Of a stretch of 64,000 nt of DNA, positions 17,728 to 26,286 are shown piece by piece; within the stretch, counting starts at the first letter, position 1, and every line of letters starts with the position of its first letter. The notes beneath the pieces were generated by a model, which searched no databases, was not told the DNA's origin, and worked only from the letters and a program-made list of their open reading frames with translations. Origin of the DNA: a virus; IMG/VR virus record IMGVR_UViG_3300045988_074321, positions 1 through 64,000 of that record; one strand, written 5' to 3'. The position numbers and the translations under genes are program-made.

Positions 17728-18189
17728 ATGTGGGGAAGAAAGAGTCCTATAGAAGAATATCTGGACAAGCATCCAGATAGCTCTCTAAGAGAGTATAATG
17801 AATATGTTAAGGAAGAAGAACGGAAGAGACACCAAGAGAAGGTAGATAGCGATAATAGACATAAAGCACTACTTAAAAGCTATATAGGAAAGTGTTTCAA
17901 GATAGACTTCAATGGTATGTCAACAATGTTTTTCAGACTTACATCCGACCCAACAGATCCACGAAGTAGTAGAATCGAAGAGGATGCCTATTCAGTTTAT
18001 ATTGATTCATCTAAGGTACATATGGAATTAGAAAAGAAGAGATATATTAATGTAATGTGGCTTCCTGGTCAAGAAGAGTGGTATGGAAACTCTCACAAAG
18101 TTTTTCAAATATCTGAAGAAGACTTTAATAAAGTAGTAGAGAAATATAACGAAATGGTTAAGGTTGCTAAAGAAATAAAAGCAACCTAA
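17728..18189 (+). CDS. hypothetical protein
   Basis: ORF track. Confidence 0.5.
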   Translation: MWGRKSPIEEYLDKHPDSSLREYNEYVKEEERKRHQEKVDSDNRHKALLKSYIGKCFKIDFNGMSTMFFRLTSDPTDPRSSRIEEDAYSVYIDSSKVHMELEKKRYINVMWLPGQEEWYGNSHKVFQISEEDFNKVVEKYNEMVKVAKEIKAT

Positions 18190-18194
18190 CAGTT

Positions 18195-18276
18195 GGGGTA
18201 GTGGCGGAATTGGTAGACGCGCTAGACTTAGGATCTAGTGCCGCAAGGCGTGAGGGTTCGAGTCCCTCCTACCCTA
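18195..18276 (+). tRNA. tRNA-Leu (TAG), type II
   Basis: acceptor ggggtag/ctaccct, anticodon stem ctaga/tctag, loop CTTAGGA, long variable arm, T-arm gaggg-TTCGAGT-ccctc. Confidence 0.8.
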
Positions 18277-18298
18277 CAACTTTTATTTATTAAGTAAT

Positions 18299-18463
18299 AT
18301 GAAAGAGTTAAGTGAAATTATTCAGGAGATGGTAGACAATGGCAATTCCATGGGTCAAATGGACCTAAAAACTGCCATAGTGTTTGTTACAGAGGCTTAC
18401 GAATCTGGTATGGAAAAGGCTCGTTCTCTCATAACTAATGAACATAACGAGGAGGATTACTAA
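18299..18463 (+). CDS. small hypothetical protein (54 aa)
   Basis: own translation MKELSEIIQEMVDNGNSMGQ...; TAATG overlap with next gene. Confidence 0.3.
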   Translation: MKELSEIIQEMVDNGNSMGQMDLKTAIVFVTEAYESGMEKARSLITNEHNEEDY

Positions 18464-19875
18464 TGACCGTAGAAGAATTAGAAGGTAAGCTGACTAATAT
18501 CTACCATGAATTTGCTGAAACAATCTCTGAAAATGAGACTGATGAGCAAATAGTTGCCCGTTCTAAAGAGTGGTTTGTAAAAAGACTCTCAGAGGAAACT
18601 GATAACAAAGAAGCTATAGAATCTATAGCTAATCAATTAGTAGGATGTCTCAAACAGGCATCTGTTTTAAGTAACCTAGAAAAAGAAAAAATGAACAAAG
18701 TTTGGATGTGTTCTGGGTCTACATATACCCAGGTAAGCTCAGGCTATAGCGTTGAGCAGTCTCTCCCAGTTGGAATCTACAGTATTTGTCTGACAATGAC
18801 AGGTTATCACCTAGACAGATATGCGGATAAGTTTGTATTCCCGTACAAAATGTATGGTTTGCAGAACGAGTTTATTGACCATGTAATTAAGACGTATCAC
18901 GCTACAGAAGGCAATCTCGGAATTATGCTTACTGGTACAAAGGGCACTGGAAAGACTGTTACCGCTAAGGAACTAGCTAACAAGCTAAATCTGCCCATCA
19001 TTATCGTAAAGGATATGGGAGACCATAATCAATCTATGATTGAGTTCCTTTCTGGTATTGAAGGAGATTGCATTCTGTTCTTGGATGAATTTGAAAAGAA
19101 TTTCAGTGAATCGGATTCTACTATCTTGCAAATCATGGACGGTGTTTACAACTCTAAGTATCGCAAGGTTTTCCTGCTTACTACTAATGCCATGACCATC
19201 AATGAGAATATGGTAGGACGTCCGTCTAGAATCCGTTATGTCAAGGAATTTGGCAACTTGGATTTGAAGGTTGTGAACGAATATCTGGACGACGCACTTC
19301 AAGTGCCGGAAGCTCGTCAAGATTTGCTTGATTTCATTGATTCTTTGACTATATCTACTATTGATATTCTCAAAACTATAGTTAATGAGGTCAATATTCA
19401 CGGTATAGAAGGATTGAGAAGAGCTAAGAGCTTCTTCAATGTAGTAACTAATGAGTATGACTATTCCTGCGTCAGAGGTTATGCATATGCTTATGAGATT
19501 TCTGCCGATAAGAGTAAATTCTCTATTGAGGAGTTCTATAAAGCTGTTGAGAGATTCAACAATCCGATACCGAAGCCTATTGTAGACGATGAGGATAACT
19601 GCACTGTTGAGGAAAGAAAAGCTCTTAACGAGTATTATGAATATCGTCGCCACAATTTCCACAGTCTGTCATATTTCTATGTATCCTCGGATATTAAGTT
19701 CGCAAATCTGTCAGTTGGAGACGACTTCTATGATGAGGAAATCATTGCGATTGACAAAAAGTTGGGAATCGTAGTTACTAAGGAAAATAATGAGGTTAAC
19801 TACTACTGGGTTAAAGATCCAAATAGTAAACCGTCTCTGTATCGTAGAGGTACTTACAACTCTTTGGTACTATAA
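18463..19875 (+). CDS. AAA-type ATPase
   Basis: Walker A GTKGTGKT, Walker B ILFLDEFE. Confidence 0.7.
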   Translation: MTVEELEGKLTNIYHEFAETISENETDEQIVARSKEWFVKRLSEETDNKEAIESIANQLVGCLKQASVLSNLEKEKMNKVWMCSGSTYTQVSSGYSVEQSLPVGIYSICLTMTGYHLDRYADKFVFPYKMYGLQNEFIDHVIKTYHATEGNLGIMLTGTKGTGKTVTAKELANKLNLPIIIVKDMGDHNQSMIEFLSGIEGDCILFLDEFEKNFSESDSTILQIMDGVYNSKYRKVFLLTTNAMTINENMVGRPSRIRYVKEFGNLDLKVVNEYLDDALQVPEARQDLLDFIDSLTISTIDILKTIVNEVNIHGIEGLRRAKSFFNVVTNEYDYSCVRGYAYAYEISADKSKFSIEEFYKAVERFNNPIPKPIVDDEDNCTVEERKALNEYYEYRRHNFHSLSYFYVSSDIKFANLSVGDDFYDEEIIAIDKKLGIVVTKENNEVNYYWVKDPNSKPSLYRRGTYNSLVL

Positions 19876-19880
19876 AACTT

Positions 19881-19897
19881 GGGGAGCTAGTCTCCCC
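19881..19897 (+). terminator. hairpin GGGGAG-ctagt-CTCCCC + TTT
   Basis: follows stop of 18463..19875. Confidence 0.5.
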
Positions 19898-19902
19898 TTT
19901 AT

Positions 19903-19976
19903 GTCTAGATGCCCGAGCGGTCTAAGGGAACGGTCTGCAAAACCGTGTTTCGTGGGTTCGAATCCCACTCTAGATT
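19903..19976 (+). tRNA. tRNA-Cys (GCA)
   Basis: acceptor gtctaga/tctagat, anticodon stem acggt/accgt, loop CTGCAAA, T-arm gtggg-TTCGAAT-cccac. Confidence 0.75.
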
Positions 19977-19996
19977 CTACACTAATCTTATTGCTT

Positions 19997-20425
19997 ATGG
20001 ATAGAGAATTGAGAAGAGAACTTTCTAAAAGAAAGTGGATTTCGAGAGCTAAAAAGGTTTACAACGCTTGCGGTAAATTTTACGTACCTGTTGCCGGGAT
20101 TAAAGCCAATGTAAGGTATAATGTTCCTATAATAAGGAATAAGGCGTTGAAGGTCTGTGAGTCAATTACGGATTTCCTTGATAGTTCTAAATACGCAAAG
20201 ATGCTTAAGAATTGTACTTCTCCTTATAGAAGCAGAATGATGCAATATGAATACAAGAAAGAGAATAGAAAGGACAGATATAAAGCAAAAAGAGATATTC
20301 AAGAAGGTATTCAAGAATATGAATCTAGGGACAATCTTTCGTGTTCATCCTGCATTTTCTATGATAAAGGCTTTTGCGAAAAGGGATTATTAATGACTGA
20401 AAACTGCCCAGAATATTGGGATTAA
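19997..20425 (+). CDS. hypothetical protein, Cys-rich C-terminus (trimmed from track ORF 19790..20425 which overlaps tRNA-Cys)
   Basis: first ATG after tRNA; MDRELRRELSKRKW... Confidence 0.5.
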   Translation: MDRELRRELSKRKWISRAKKVYNACGKFYVPVAGIKANVRYNVPIIRNKALKVCESITDFLDSSKYAKMLKNCTSPYRSRMMQYEYKKENRKDRYKAKRDIQEGIQEYESRDNLSCSSCIFYDKGFCEKGLLMTENCPEYWD

Positions 20426-20428
20426 AGT

Positions 20429-20788
20429 ATGGACAAGTATATTAATGGAAGTTTAGTAAAGAGAGTTTTAGTTTTTAAAACTAGAAAGCATCCTGATTGG
20501 GTACATTATGTGGACGATTACCGATTCTTGTTTTGGAAAATACATCGAGATTATTGGTATTATTGGGACCCATGTTTTGGAACTTATACGGAAGAAAAAA
20601 TGATTTCATCTTTAGAGAAGAGATATGCCTTCTACAAGGATGGAATAGTATATCAGAAACCTCATATCATTTTAGAGTTCTCTAAAAGACATGATGAATC
20701 TATCTATTTTGATAGTGACGAAGAAATGGAGGGATGGTTCGAGTCCTTCATGGAAGAATTTGGAAAACCGTTTATTTACATAGACTAA
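20429..20788 (+). CDS. hypothetical protein
   Basis: ORF track. Confidence 0.5.
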   Translation: MDKYINGSLVKRVLVFKTRKHPDWVHYVDDYRFLFWKIHRDYWYYWDPCFGTYTEEKMISSLEKRYAFYKDGIVYQKPHIILEFSKRHDESIYFDSDEEMEGWFESFMEEFGKPFIYID

Positions 20789-20909
20789 TACCTTTATCCC
20801 AGTTTAGAGCTTAGCTCAAATAGTGAATAATAGTAGCTATTGGTTAAAACGAGGTGGAGTGCCAGACGAAAGACTGGAATTAACATAGTTTAACTTTGAA
20901 TCTCCGACT

Positions 20910-21254
20910 ATGCGGAGTATTATTATGGCAGAATTGATTTTCTTAGCTAATGGAAAATGCGACTTGAAGTTCCACGCTCATCCCAAGAATTTCAAAAGGG
21001 TTGAGAAGTTCAACTACAAAAAGAACTTTTTCAAGGTTTACGTTGACCGAAACGACAGCGTTTACGAGATAACTCGCTGCGAGGTGGTTACATGGAAAAC
21101 CATAGAGAAAGGCAAGAAGAAATTTAACGTCCCTGACGAGGTGAAAGAAACTCGTGATGCTCACTTGTTTGACAAAATCAAGGGGAATCCGTTCAAAATC
21201 GCTATTACTAAGGTAGCTGGCGAGATTGATATGCAGGAGCTGTTATCTGAGTAA
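20910..21254 (+). CDS. hypothetical protein
   Basis: ORF track; hairpin ggagag/ctctcc 21263-21284 follows. Confidence 0.5.
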   Translation: MRSIIMAELIFLANGKCDLKFHAHPKNFKRVEKFNYKKNFFKVYVDRNDSVYEITRCEVVTWKTIEKGKKKFNVPDEVKETRDAHLFDKIKGNPFKIAITKVAGEIDMQELLSE

Positions 21255-21288
21255 TTCGTTTAGGAGAGTATCGTATAACTCTCCTTAT

Positions 21289-21363
21289 GCAGATGTGGTG
21301 TTAATGGTTTGAGCACGTCAGACTTCCAATCTGAAGGGGAGAGTTCGAGTCTCTCTATCTGCA
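21289..21363 (+). tRNA. tRNA-Gly (TCC)
   Basis: acceptor gcagatg/tatctgc, anticodon stem tcaga/tctga, loop CTTCCAA, T-arm gagag-TTCGAGT-ctctc. Confidence 0.8.
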
Positions 21364-21368
21364 CATTT

Positions 21369-21440
21369 GTAGGTATAGCACAACGGTTAGTGCATCGGCT
21401 TGCCATGCCGAGGATGTGAGTTCGATTCTCATTACCTACT
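21369..21440 (+). tRNA. tRNA-Gly (GCC)
   Basis: acceptor gtaggta/tacctac, D gcac/gtgc, anticodon stem tcggc/gccga, loop TTGCCAT. Confidence 0.8.
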
Positions 21441-21455
21441 CAAAATTTAAGTTTT

Positions 21456-21680
21456 ATGAAAATAAAGTGTACAGTATGTAATAAAGAATTTTATTATGGA
21501 GACCATAACTCTCCAATGTTTATTGATGAGGTTTGGAACAAGATAATAAATTACTTTAAGCTAACCAATTTTGAAAAAGAAGCTGCAAAGAAATTCTCCT
21601 CTTATTACAAAGGGGAGGTAAAGATTATTATCCAGACCACCATGTGTTTATCTGTAGCGAATGTGCGGAGAAGGCTCTAG
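21456..21680 (+). CDS. small Cys-containing hypothetical protein
   Basis: ORF track. Confidence 0.4.
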   Translation: MKIKCTVCNKEFYYGDHNSPMFIDEVWNKIINYFKLTNFEKEAAKKFSSYYKGEVKIIIQTTMCLSVANVRRRL

Positions 21681-21757
21681 GTAGGGAAATAACTGATAAG
21701 GATATTAATGATTCATTATTTAATATCCCATTTAGAGAGAAGTACTTTAAATCTTAA

Positions 21758-21842
21758 TATCCGTGTGGGTGAATGGTTTAGCCATCAGTCTGCAAAACTG
21801 AAAAGAGAAATCTTTAATGAGGGTTCGAATCCCTCCACGGAT
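21758..21842 (+). tRNA. type II (long variable arm, Ser-like D-arm) tRNA with anticodon GCA (Cys codons)
   Basis: acceptor atccgtg/cacggat, anticodon stem tcagt/actga, loop CTGCAAA, 17-nt variable arm with internal stem, T-arm gaggg-TTCGAAT-ccctc; D-arm nearly identical to tRNA-Ser(GCT) at 14899. Confidence 0.55.
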
Positions 21843-21863
21843 TCTAATTTTAAATTTAAAAAT

Positions 21864-22499
21864 ATGGCATATATTTATTGCATTACAAATTTAATTAATA
21901 GCAAGCGATACGTAGGAAAAACTACTACTTCTATAGAAGAGCGCTGGAAGGAACATTGTTATGACTTTTAGAAAGAAAGATGCAACAAAAGACCTTTATA
22001 TGATGCCATGAATAAGTATGGTGTTGAGAACTTTATGATAGAGGAATTGGAATATGTAGATAGTAACTCTGAATTATCTGAAAGAGAAATCTATTGGATA
22101 AAAGAGCTAGGAACTTATGGTTCTAATGGGTACAATGCCTCTAAAGGAGGAGATGGCACTATTCTATACAATCATAGTGAAATTGTAGAATTAGCTAGAT
22201 TGGGATATACTAGTTCTTAGATACAAGAAAAAATAGGGTGCTGTAAAGACACTATTTACAAAGTTTTGAAGGCAAATAATATAAAAATTAGAAAAAGTAA
22301 CGCAAAGTTAATTGCTTAGTATGACTTAGCAGGTAATTTTATACAGGTATTCTTTGGTTCCAGAGAAGCTTAGGAATGGTTAATTAATAACGGAATTACT
22401 GACAATAAATCTGCATAGAGTCATATTATAGGATGCTGTAAGAATAAAACCAAATCATAGTATGGCTATATTTGGAAATATCTTCCAGAGCCTATTTAA
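21864..22499 (+). CDS. GIY-YIG homing endonuclease with C-terminal HTH/DNA-binding repeats; 6 in-frame TAG codons (21969, 22218, 22317, 22371, 22416, 22458) read as sense
   Basis: MAYIYCITNLINSKRYVGKT..RW..H + NKYGVENF..EREIYWIKELGT..GYN aligns with I-TevI catalytic domain across the TAG; downstream YDLAGNFIQVFFGSREA-Q-EWLINNGI...YGYIWKY typical HE DNA-binding tail; track splits it into 21708..21971 and 22008..22220; true stop TAA 22497. Confidence 0.65.
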
Positions 22500-22645
22500 T
22501 CTTTAAATCACTGTTTCGACATTTTCAGTCTAAATGCCGTGTCTGGAGACGTTACCAACCAGTCGTGCTATACGGTTAGAATAGTCCGTGCCTCACTGGT
22601 GATAGAGGCATCCCTGGGTAGCGGATGTAAAGTAGCTGCCAATAT

Positions 22646-22724
22646 CGTGGAGTAGAGAAGTGGTCATCTCGCTAGGCTCATAACCTAGAAATCGTCATAA
22701 ACGGTTCGAATCCTACCTCCGCAA
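22646..22724 (+). tRNA. aberrant initiator-like tRNA-Met (CAT): intact acceptor (C1xA72 mismatch), D-arm and anticodon arm but defective/expanded T region
   Basis: cgtggag/ctccgca acceptor, gaga/tctc D-stem, ctagg-CTCATAA-cctag; 28 nt where 22 expected and no T-stem complement. Confidence 0.35.
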
Positions 22725-22968
22725 CGAAACTCCTTTTGTGGCTCTGAATTAGATTAATTATTAACAATTTTAAACTTTGATGTTATGAAGAAAGTAATTA
22801 ATGTTGTGAAGAAAGCTGCTAAGTGGTATTTTGAACAGAGTTCTAAGAGCTATACATGGTTAGTTTCTGGAACTATTCCGCCTCCTTATAGAGGTCTAGA
22901 GTAAAGATACTACTAAAAGGTAAGTACCAAAGGGGTACTTATCTACACCCGTGGAGAAAATTAACTAT

Positions 22969-23040
22969 TGGGGTATAGTTCAAAGGTCAGAACTTTTGAC
23001 TGTTAATCAAAGAATCATGGTTCGAGTCCATGTGCCCCAG
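22969..23040 (+). tRNA. tRNA-Asn (GTT)
   Basis: acceptor tggggta/tgcccca, D gttc/gaac, anticodon stem tttga/tcaaa, loop CTGTTAA, T-arm catgg-TTCGAGT-ccatg. Confidence 0.8.
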
Positions 23041-23569
23041 CTATTGACCTTATATTAGATTATGCATCAGTGTGATTATTGTTGTTGGTACTACAGTGGA
23101 AATTGTGATTGTCCATATGTAATGAAGAAACAAGCGTGTGAAAATGCTTTGAAAACTAAAGAGAGAAATGAAAGACCTATTAGAAAAGTACAAAATGTTT
23201 CAAACTCCAAAACTAGCTAATGAGATTTCATGGAAAGACATGAAGGAATTTAACTCTTATATGAAAGAAGTAGTTCGTGATTATAAGATTAAACAGGCTA
23301 AATCAATTCAGAGTGCTAGAAACGTAATAATATCCTGACCTGGCAAGGTAAAAATCCATTCGGGGTTTAAGTTGAAGCCAGTCCCTGCGGAATCATAAAG
23401 ACCTTTTCTGATACGATAGTCGATGAACTGAGAGAGTAGTATGGTTGCGGACTTATGCTACTAGAACATGATTTAAACAAAAAAAACTTATCTGGTGATG
23501 TTAGGTTATGGAATCCTAACAGTGGAAATTTATGAGTTATGTCACCAATTAAAAAGAAAATCTCAAACA

Positions 23570-23642
23570 TGGGCCGTTAGCTCAAATGGCTAGAGCGCTG
23601 GTTTTGCACACCGGAAGATAGGGTTCGAGTCCCTGCGTGTCC
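23570..23642 (+). tRNA. tRNA-Ala (TGC)-like with G3:U70 but 3 mismatches at base of acceptor stem
   Basis: gggccgt vs cgtgtcc; D gctc/gagc, anticodon stem ctggt/accgg, loop TTTGCAC, T-arm taggg-TTCGAGT-ccctg; looks like a 3-nt inversion (cgt vs acg). Confidence 0.5.
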
Positions 23643-23661
23643 ACAACAAAATTAAATAATT

Positions 23662-23847
23662 ATGAAAGTATACGTAGTCGTAGTGAACCATCATCCAGCT
23701 AATGCGCCTCAGAACTATAAAACTGAGTGTCAGATATTTCTGGATAAAAAGGAAGCCGAAGGCTATAAGAAAGCCAAGGAAGAAGAATATCCCATACGTT
23801 GGGGAGGTGAATACAATCATTGTGAAATATTTAAAAAGCATTTGTAA
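23662..23847 (+). CDS. hypothetical protein
   Basis: ORF track. Confidence 0.4.
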   Translation: MKVYVVVVNHHPANAPQNYKTECQIFLDKKEAEGYKKAKEEEYPIRWGGEYNHCEIFKKHL

Positions 23848-23850
23848 TAT

Positions 23851-23923
23851 CGCGGGGTGTTAGCAGAGGTAGCTAGTCAGGCTCATAACCTGAAGGTCGA
23901 GGGTTCGAGTCCCTCTCCCGCTA
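23851..23923 (+). tRNA. tRNA-Met (CAT), initiator-like (C1 unpaired, CGCGGGG 5' end)
   Basis: 5' CGCGGGGTG as in E. coli tRNA-fMet; anticodon stem tcagg/cctga, loop CTCATAA; T-arm gaggg-TTCGAGT-ccctc. Confidence 0.75.
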
Positions 23924-23956
23924 CTAGTAATTAATTAGATACTTAATTTTTAGATT

Positions 23957-24382
23957 ATGAATTACAAAAATCTTACTAAAGAAACTCTCCCCGTAGAGTT
24001 TCAAAACAGAATCGAACGATTTAATCGTCTATTCTCAGCTGCAACCGACCATTCCTTTGAAGAGGATGACTTGTTTGAGTATGAAATGTTATGTATAAAG
24101 CAGGCTCTTTCATTCTCGGAATTTTTCCAAGATTTCGGTGATGAACAGTATCAAGACTTCTTGAAGCAATATGAGAGCTTATACGACTTAGTTGATGCTA
24201 TTAAGGACAAACTTCAGTTCTTTGATAACGGACATACTGGAAACTCTATGAGCATGAGTTGGCTTTTATTCCGAACTTATCGAGAAAGACCGGAATTAGT
24301 TCCGTATATGCACGGATGCTTGGCTCAGCTCGTTGGGGATGAAGGCTATTATGATGACCGTTCAGATGTTCCAGAACTATGA
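23957..24382 (+). CDS. hypothetical protein
   Basis: ORF track. Confidence 0.5.
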   Translation: MNYKNLTKETLPVEFQNRIERFNRLFSAATDHSFEEDDLFEYEMLCIKQALSFSEFFQDFGDEQYQDFLKQYESLYDLVDAIKDKLQFFDNGHTGNSMSMSWLLFRTYRERPELVPYMHGCLAQLVGDEGYYDDRSDVPEL

Positions 24383-24675
24383 GCGTAATACAACAGGTCT
24401 ACTTAGCTGAATCAGGCAGTTCTATTTACATAAAGGGGATTAAACCTGATAAAGAGAATGAATATTCTGGTGAGATTACTCTAAACGGTAATCCCACTAG
24501 ATTAGAGAGAAAAGAACGTTACCATATAAGTAACGGTATGCTTGTTACAGATAGTTATCATATCCCTATGGAGTTCATTATTAGCTTCTTGCAGGCTAAC
24601 GGATGTGTTCAAGAAGGAGAAGATGGCAAGTCGTATGTTGTTTTAAGAGAAGTAGAATTTAAATTGAATAACTAA
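24379..24675 (+). CDS. hypothetical protein
   Basis: ORF track. Confidence 0.5.
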   Translation: MSVIQQVYLAESGSSIYIKGIKPDKENEYSGEITLNGNPTRLERKERYHISNGMLVTDSYHIPMEFIISFLQANGCVQEGEDGKSYVVLREVEFKLNN

Positions 24676-25256
24676 TGTTATCAGTATTATATAGCGAATA
24701 TGAGCTGTGGGGTTGTCCTAATTGTGGGTGCGATTCCGTTATAAGTAGTGGAGTTTCTGGAGGAGGTCTAACATCTGGAACTTGTAGACATTGCAAGTTA
24801 AAATTTGAAGTTAGAAGCGAAAATCCAATGGGAATAGTCAAATATGGCTGCCATCCAGAAAATCCCTCAGACCCGAAATCTAAATGGGTTATGGAAAGCG
24901 CAATCAGAATTGAACATCCTAGAAAAGGTATTCCTGCATGGAATTGGGAACCAGTTGACGAACGTCCAGAAGAAGGAGAATATTGGAACTCTCGTGGTCC
25001 TGGCTATCCAGATGTTTCTGGCTTTGTAAAGACCAAAGCTGCTGGTGAGCGTATTCTAGCTATGGTGCATGAAGTGTTAGGAACTGACAAGTGTAAGACT
25101 TATCTAGATTTCAGACCAAGTGAACCAACGTGGATTCAATTCAAATTTCATAAAGACGAGTTTGATATAGAGAAACTAGATTCTCTTACTCGTGATAGTG
25201 GAATAATTACTAAAGACATAATCAAACAATGTATTTATGGCAAAAGTAGTAAATAG
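24675..25256 (+). CDS. hypothetical protein with N-terminal zinc ribbon
   Basis: CPNCGC...CRHC. Confidence 0.5.
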   Translation: MLSVLYSEYELWGCPNCGCDSVISSGVSGGGLTSGTCRHCKLKFEVRSENPMGIVKYGCHPENPSDPKSKWVMESAIRIEHPRKGIPAWNWEPVDERPEEGEYWNSRGPGYPDVSGFVKTKAAGERILAMVHEVLGTDKCKTYLDFRPSEPTWIQFKFHKDEFDIEKLDSLTRDSGIITKDIIKQCIYGKSSK

Positions 25257-25488
25257 GGCCTCTGATATAATCCAACTTAAAGACCTAAAGGATGGGGAAT
25301 TTGCAGAAGTGATAGAATGGTTTGAGGATGGAACAGTATCTAACGGAGATATAATTCAAAGATGTGGACTTGCACTATTTATATTAGGAAGTTGTTCTTA
25401 CTATCCTGAGATATTTAGTAAGGGTGCTAGAGACTATACTAATACTAAGTTACGGACACTACCTGAGGGTACAACTATAATGTTATAA
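25237..25488 (+). CDS. hypothetical protein
   Basis: ORF track. Confidence 0.4.
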   Translation: MAKVVNRASDIIQLKDLKDGEFAEVIEWFEDGTVSNGDIIQRCGLALFILGSCSYYPEIFSKGARDYTNTKLRTLPEGTTIML

Positions 25489-25528
25489 TTTCTTTTTCCA
25501 GTTTTCTAATTAAAGATAAACTGGGTAT

Positions 25529-26090
25529 GGGCCTACTTGGATTTGACAGGCGATTACAAATTATAAGGACGTGTAGAGCGCAATCTCTTTAAACGAAGAA
25601 AAAACAATAAATGCTACTTATAGCGAAGTAAGAATGGCAGCCTAAGCTGCTGGCTTGTTGGTAAACACTATTAACTAAGTCGGGTTACGGGAGAGACCTA
25701 GAAACAGAAGAGGTTGAGTATATTGATATAATGGAGAGCTAGGCTCTAATCCTAGTAATATGCTCTTAATCAGAACACTCTAAGAGTTAGTAAGACTGAA
25801 TCTCCTACGTCATAAAACAGATGGAAGATGTGTTCCGTGAGATGTGACGAATCTCTAAAGTATCATCCCGTTCTCCAACGTAAATGGAGTGGTGGAACGT
25901 TGACTTCGGTCAGCCCTATAGTTTGGTAGCTTGTAGATAAGCATCTAGAGAAATACTTAGTATGGACTCTTGTAAGACTTATAAAACTACCTAAATGCTA
26001 GAACTCCCTAGCTGATATAATAAAAATGAGACGCACGTTATCCTTGTAACGAGGGTTGTTTGGACACGGGTTCGACTCCCGTTAGGTCCA
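25529..26090 (+). ncRNA. ssrA: tmRNA (SsrA); tag reading frame 25613..25645 encoding ATYSEVRMAA-stop
   Basis: 5' GGGCCTACTTGGATTTGACAGG parallels E. coli ssrA 5' end; resume GCT preceded by A-rich AAAAAACAATAAAT; tag ends AA+TAA; 3' GGACACGGGTTCGACTCCCGTTAGGTCCA T-arm/acceptor pairing with 5' gggccta; 560-bp ORF-free interval. Confidence 0.7.
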
Positions 26091-26096
26091 CATAAT

Positions 26097-26170
26097 AGGG
26101 CTATAGCTCAACTGGTTAGAGCACCACACTGATAATGTGGAGGTTATCAGTTCAAGTCTGATTAGCCCTA
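26097..26170 (+). tRNA. tRNA-Ile (GAT)
   Basis: acceptor agggcta/tagccct, D gctc/gagc, anticodon stem ccaca/tgtgg, loop CTGATAA, T-arm atcag-TTCAAGT-ctgat. Confidence 0.85.
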
Positions 26171-26247
26171 CAAAACCGCCAGCTCACGCGGTATATAAGA
26201 AAGGATTGCCGGACTCGCAGGTGTAACGAGATAAATACCTGCATTTT

Positions 26248-26286
26248 CGAGGCTGTGGTGTAATGGCTTGCATATCACACTGTCAT
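26248..26286 (+). other. 5' half of a second tRNA-Asp(GTC) gene (acceptor cgaggct, D-arm, anticodon 5' stem tcaca + loop CTGTCA)
   Basis: pairs perfectly with 3' half at 26943..26979 (tgtga anticodon 3' stem; agtctcg acceptor). Confidence 0.6.

Noticed and set aside
12320-20429. Adjacent same-frame ORF pairs 12320/12863, 19790/20429, 27894/28218 separated by TAA
   Set aside because: Stops are TAA with canonical start 1-5 codons later; normal gene junctions rather than recoding.
22540-22740. Idea that 22540-22740 is a group I intron or other ribozyme
   Set aside because: Only tRNA-Met-like elements recognisable; no P1-P9 architecture evident by eye.
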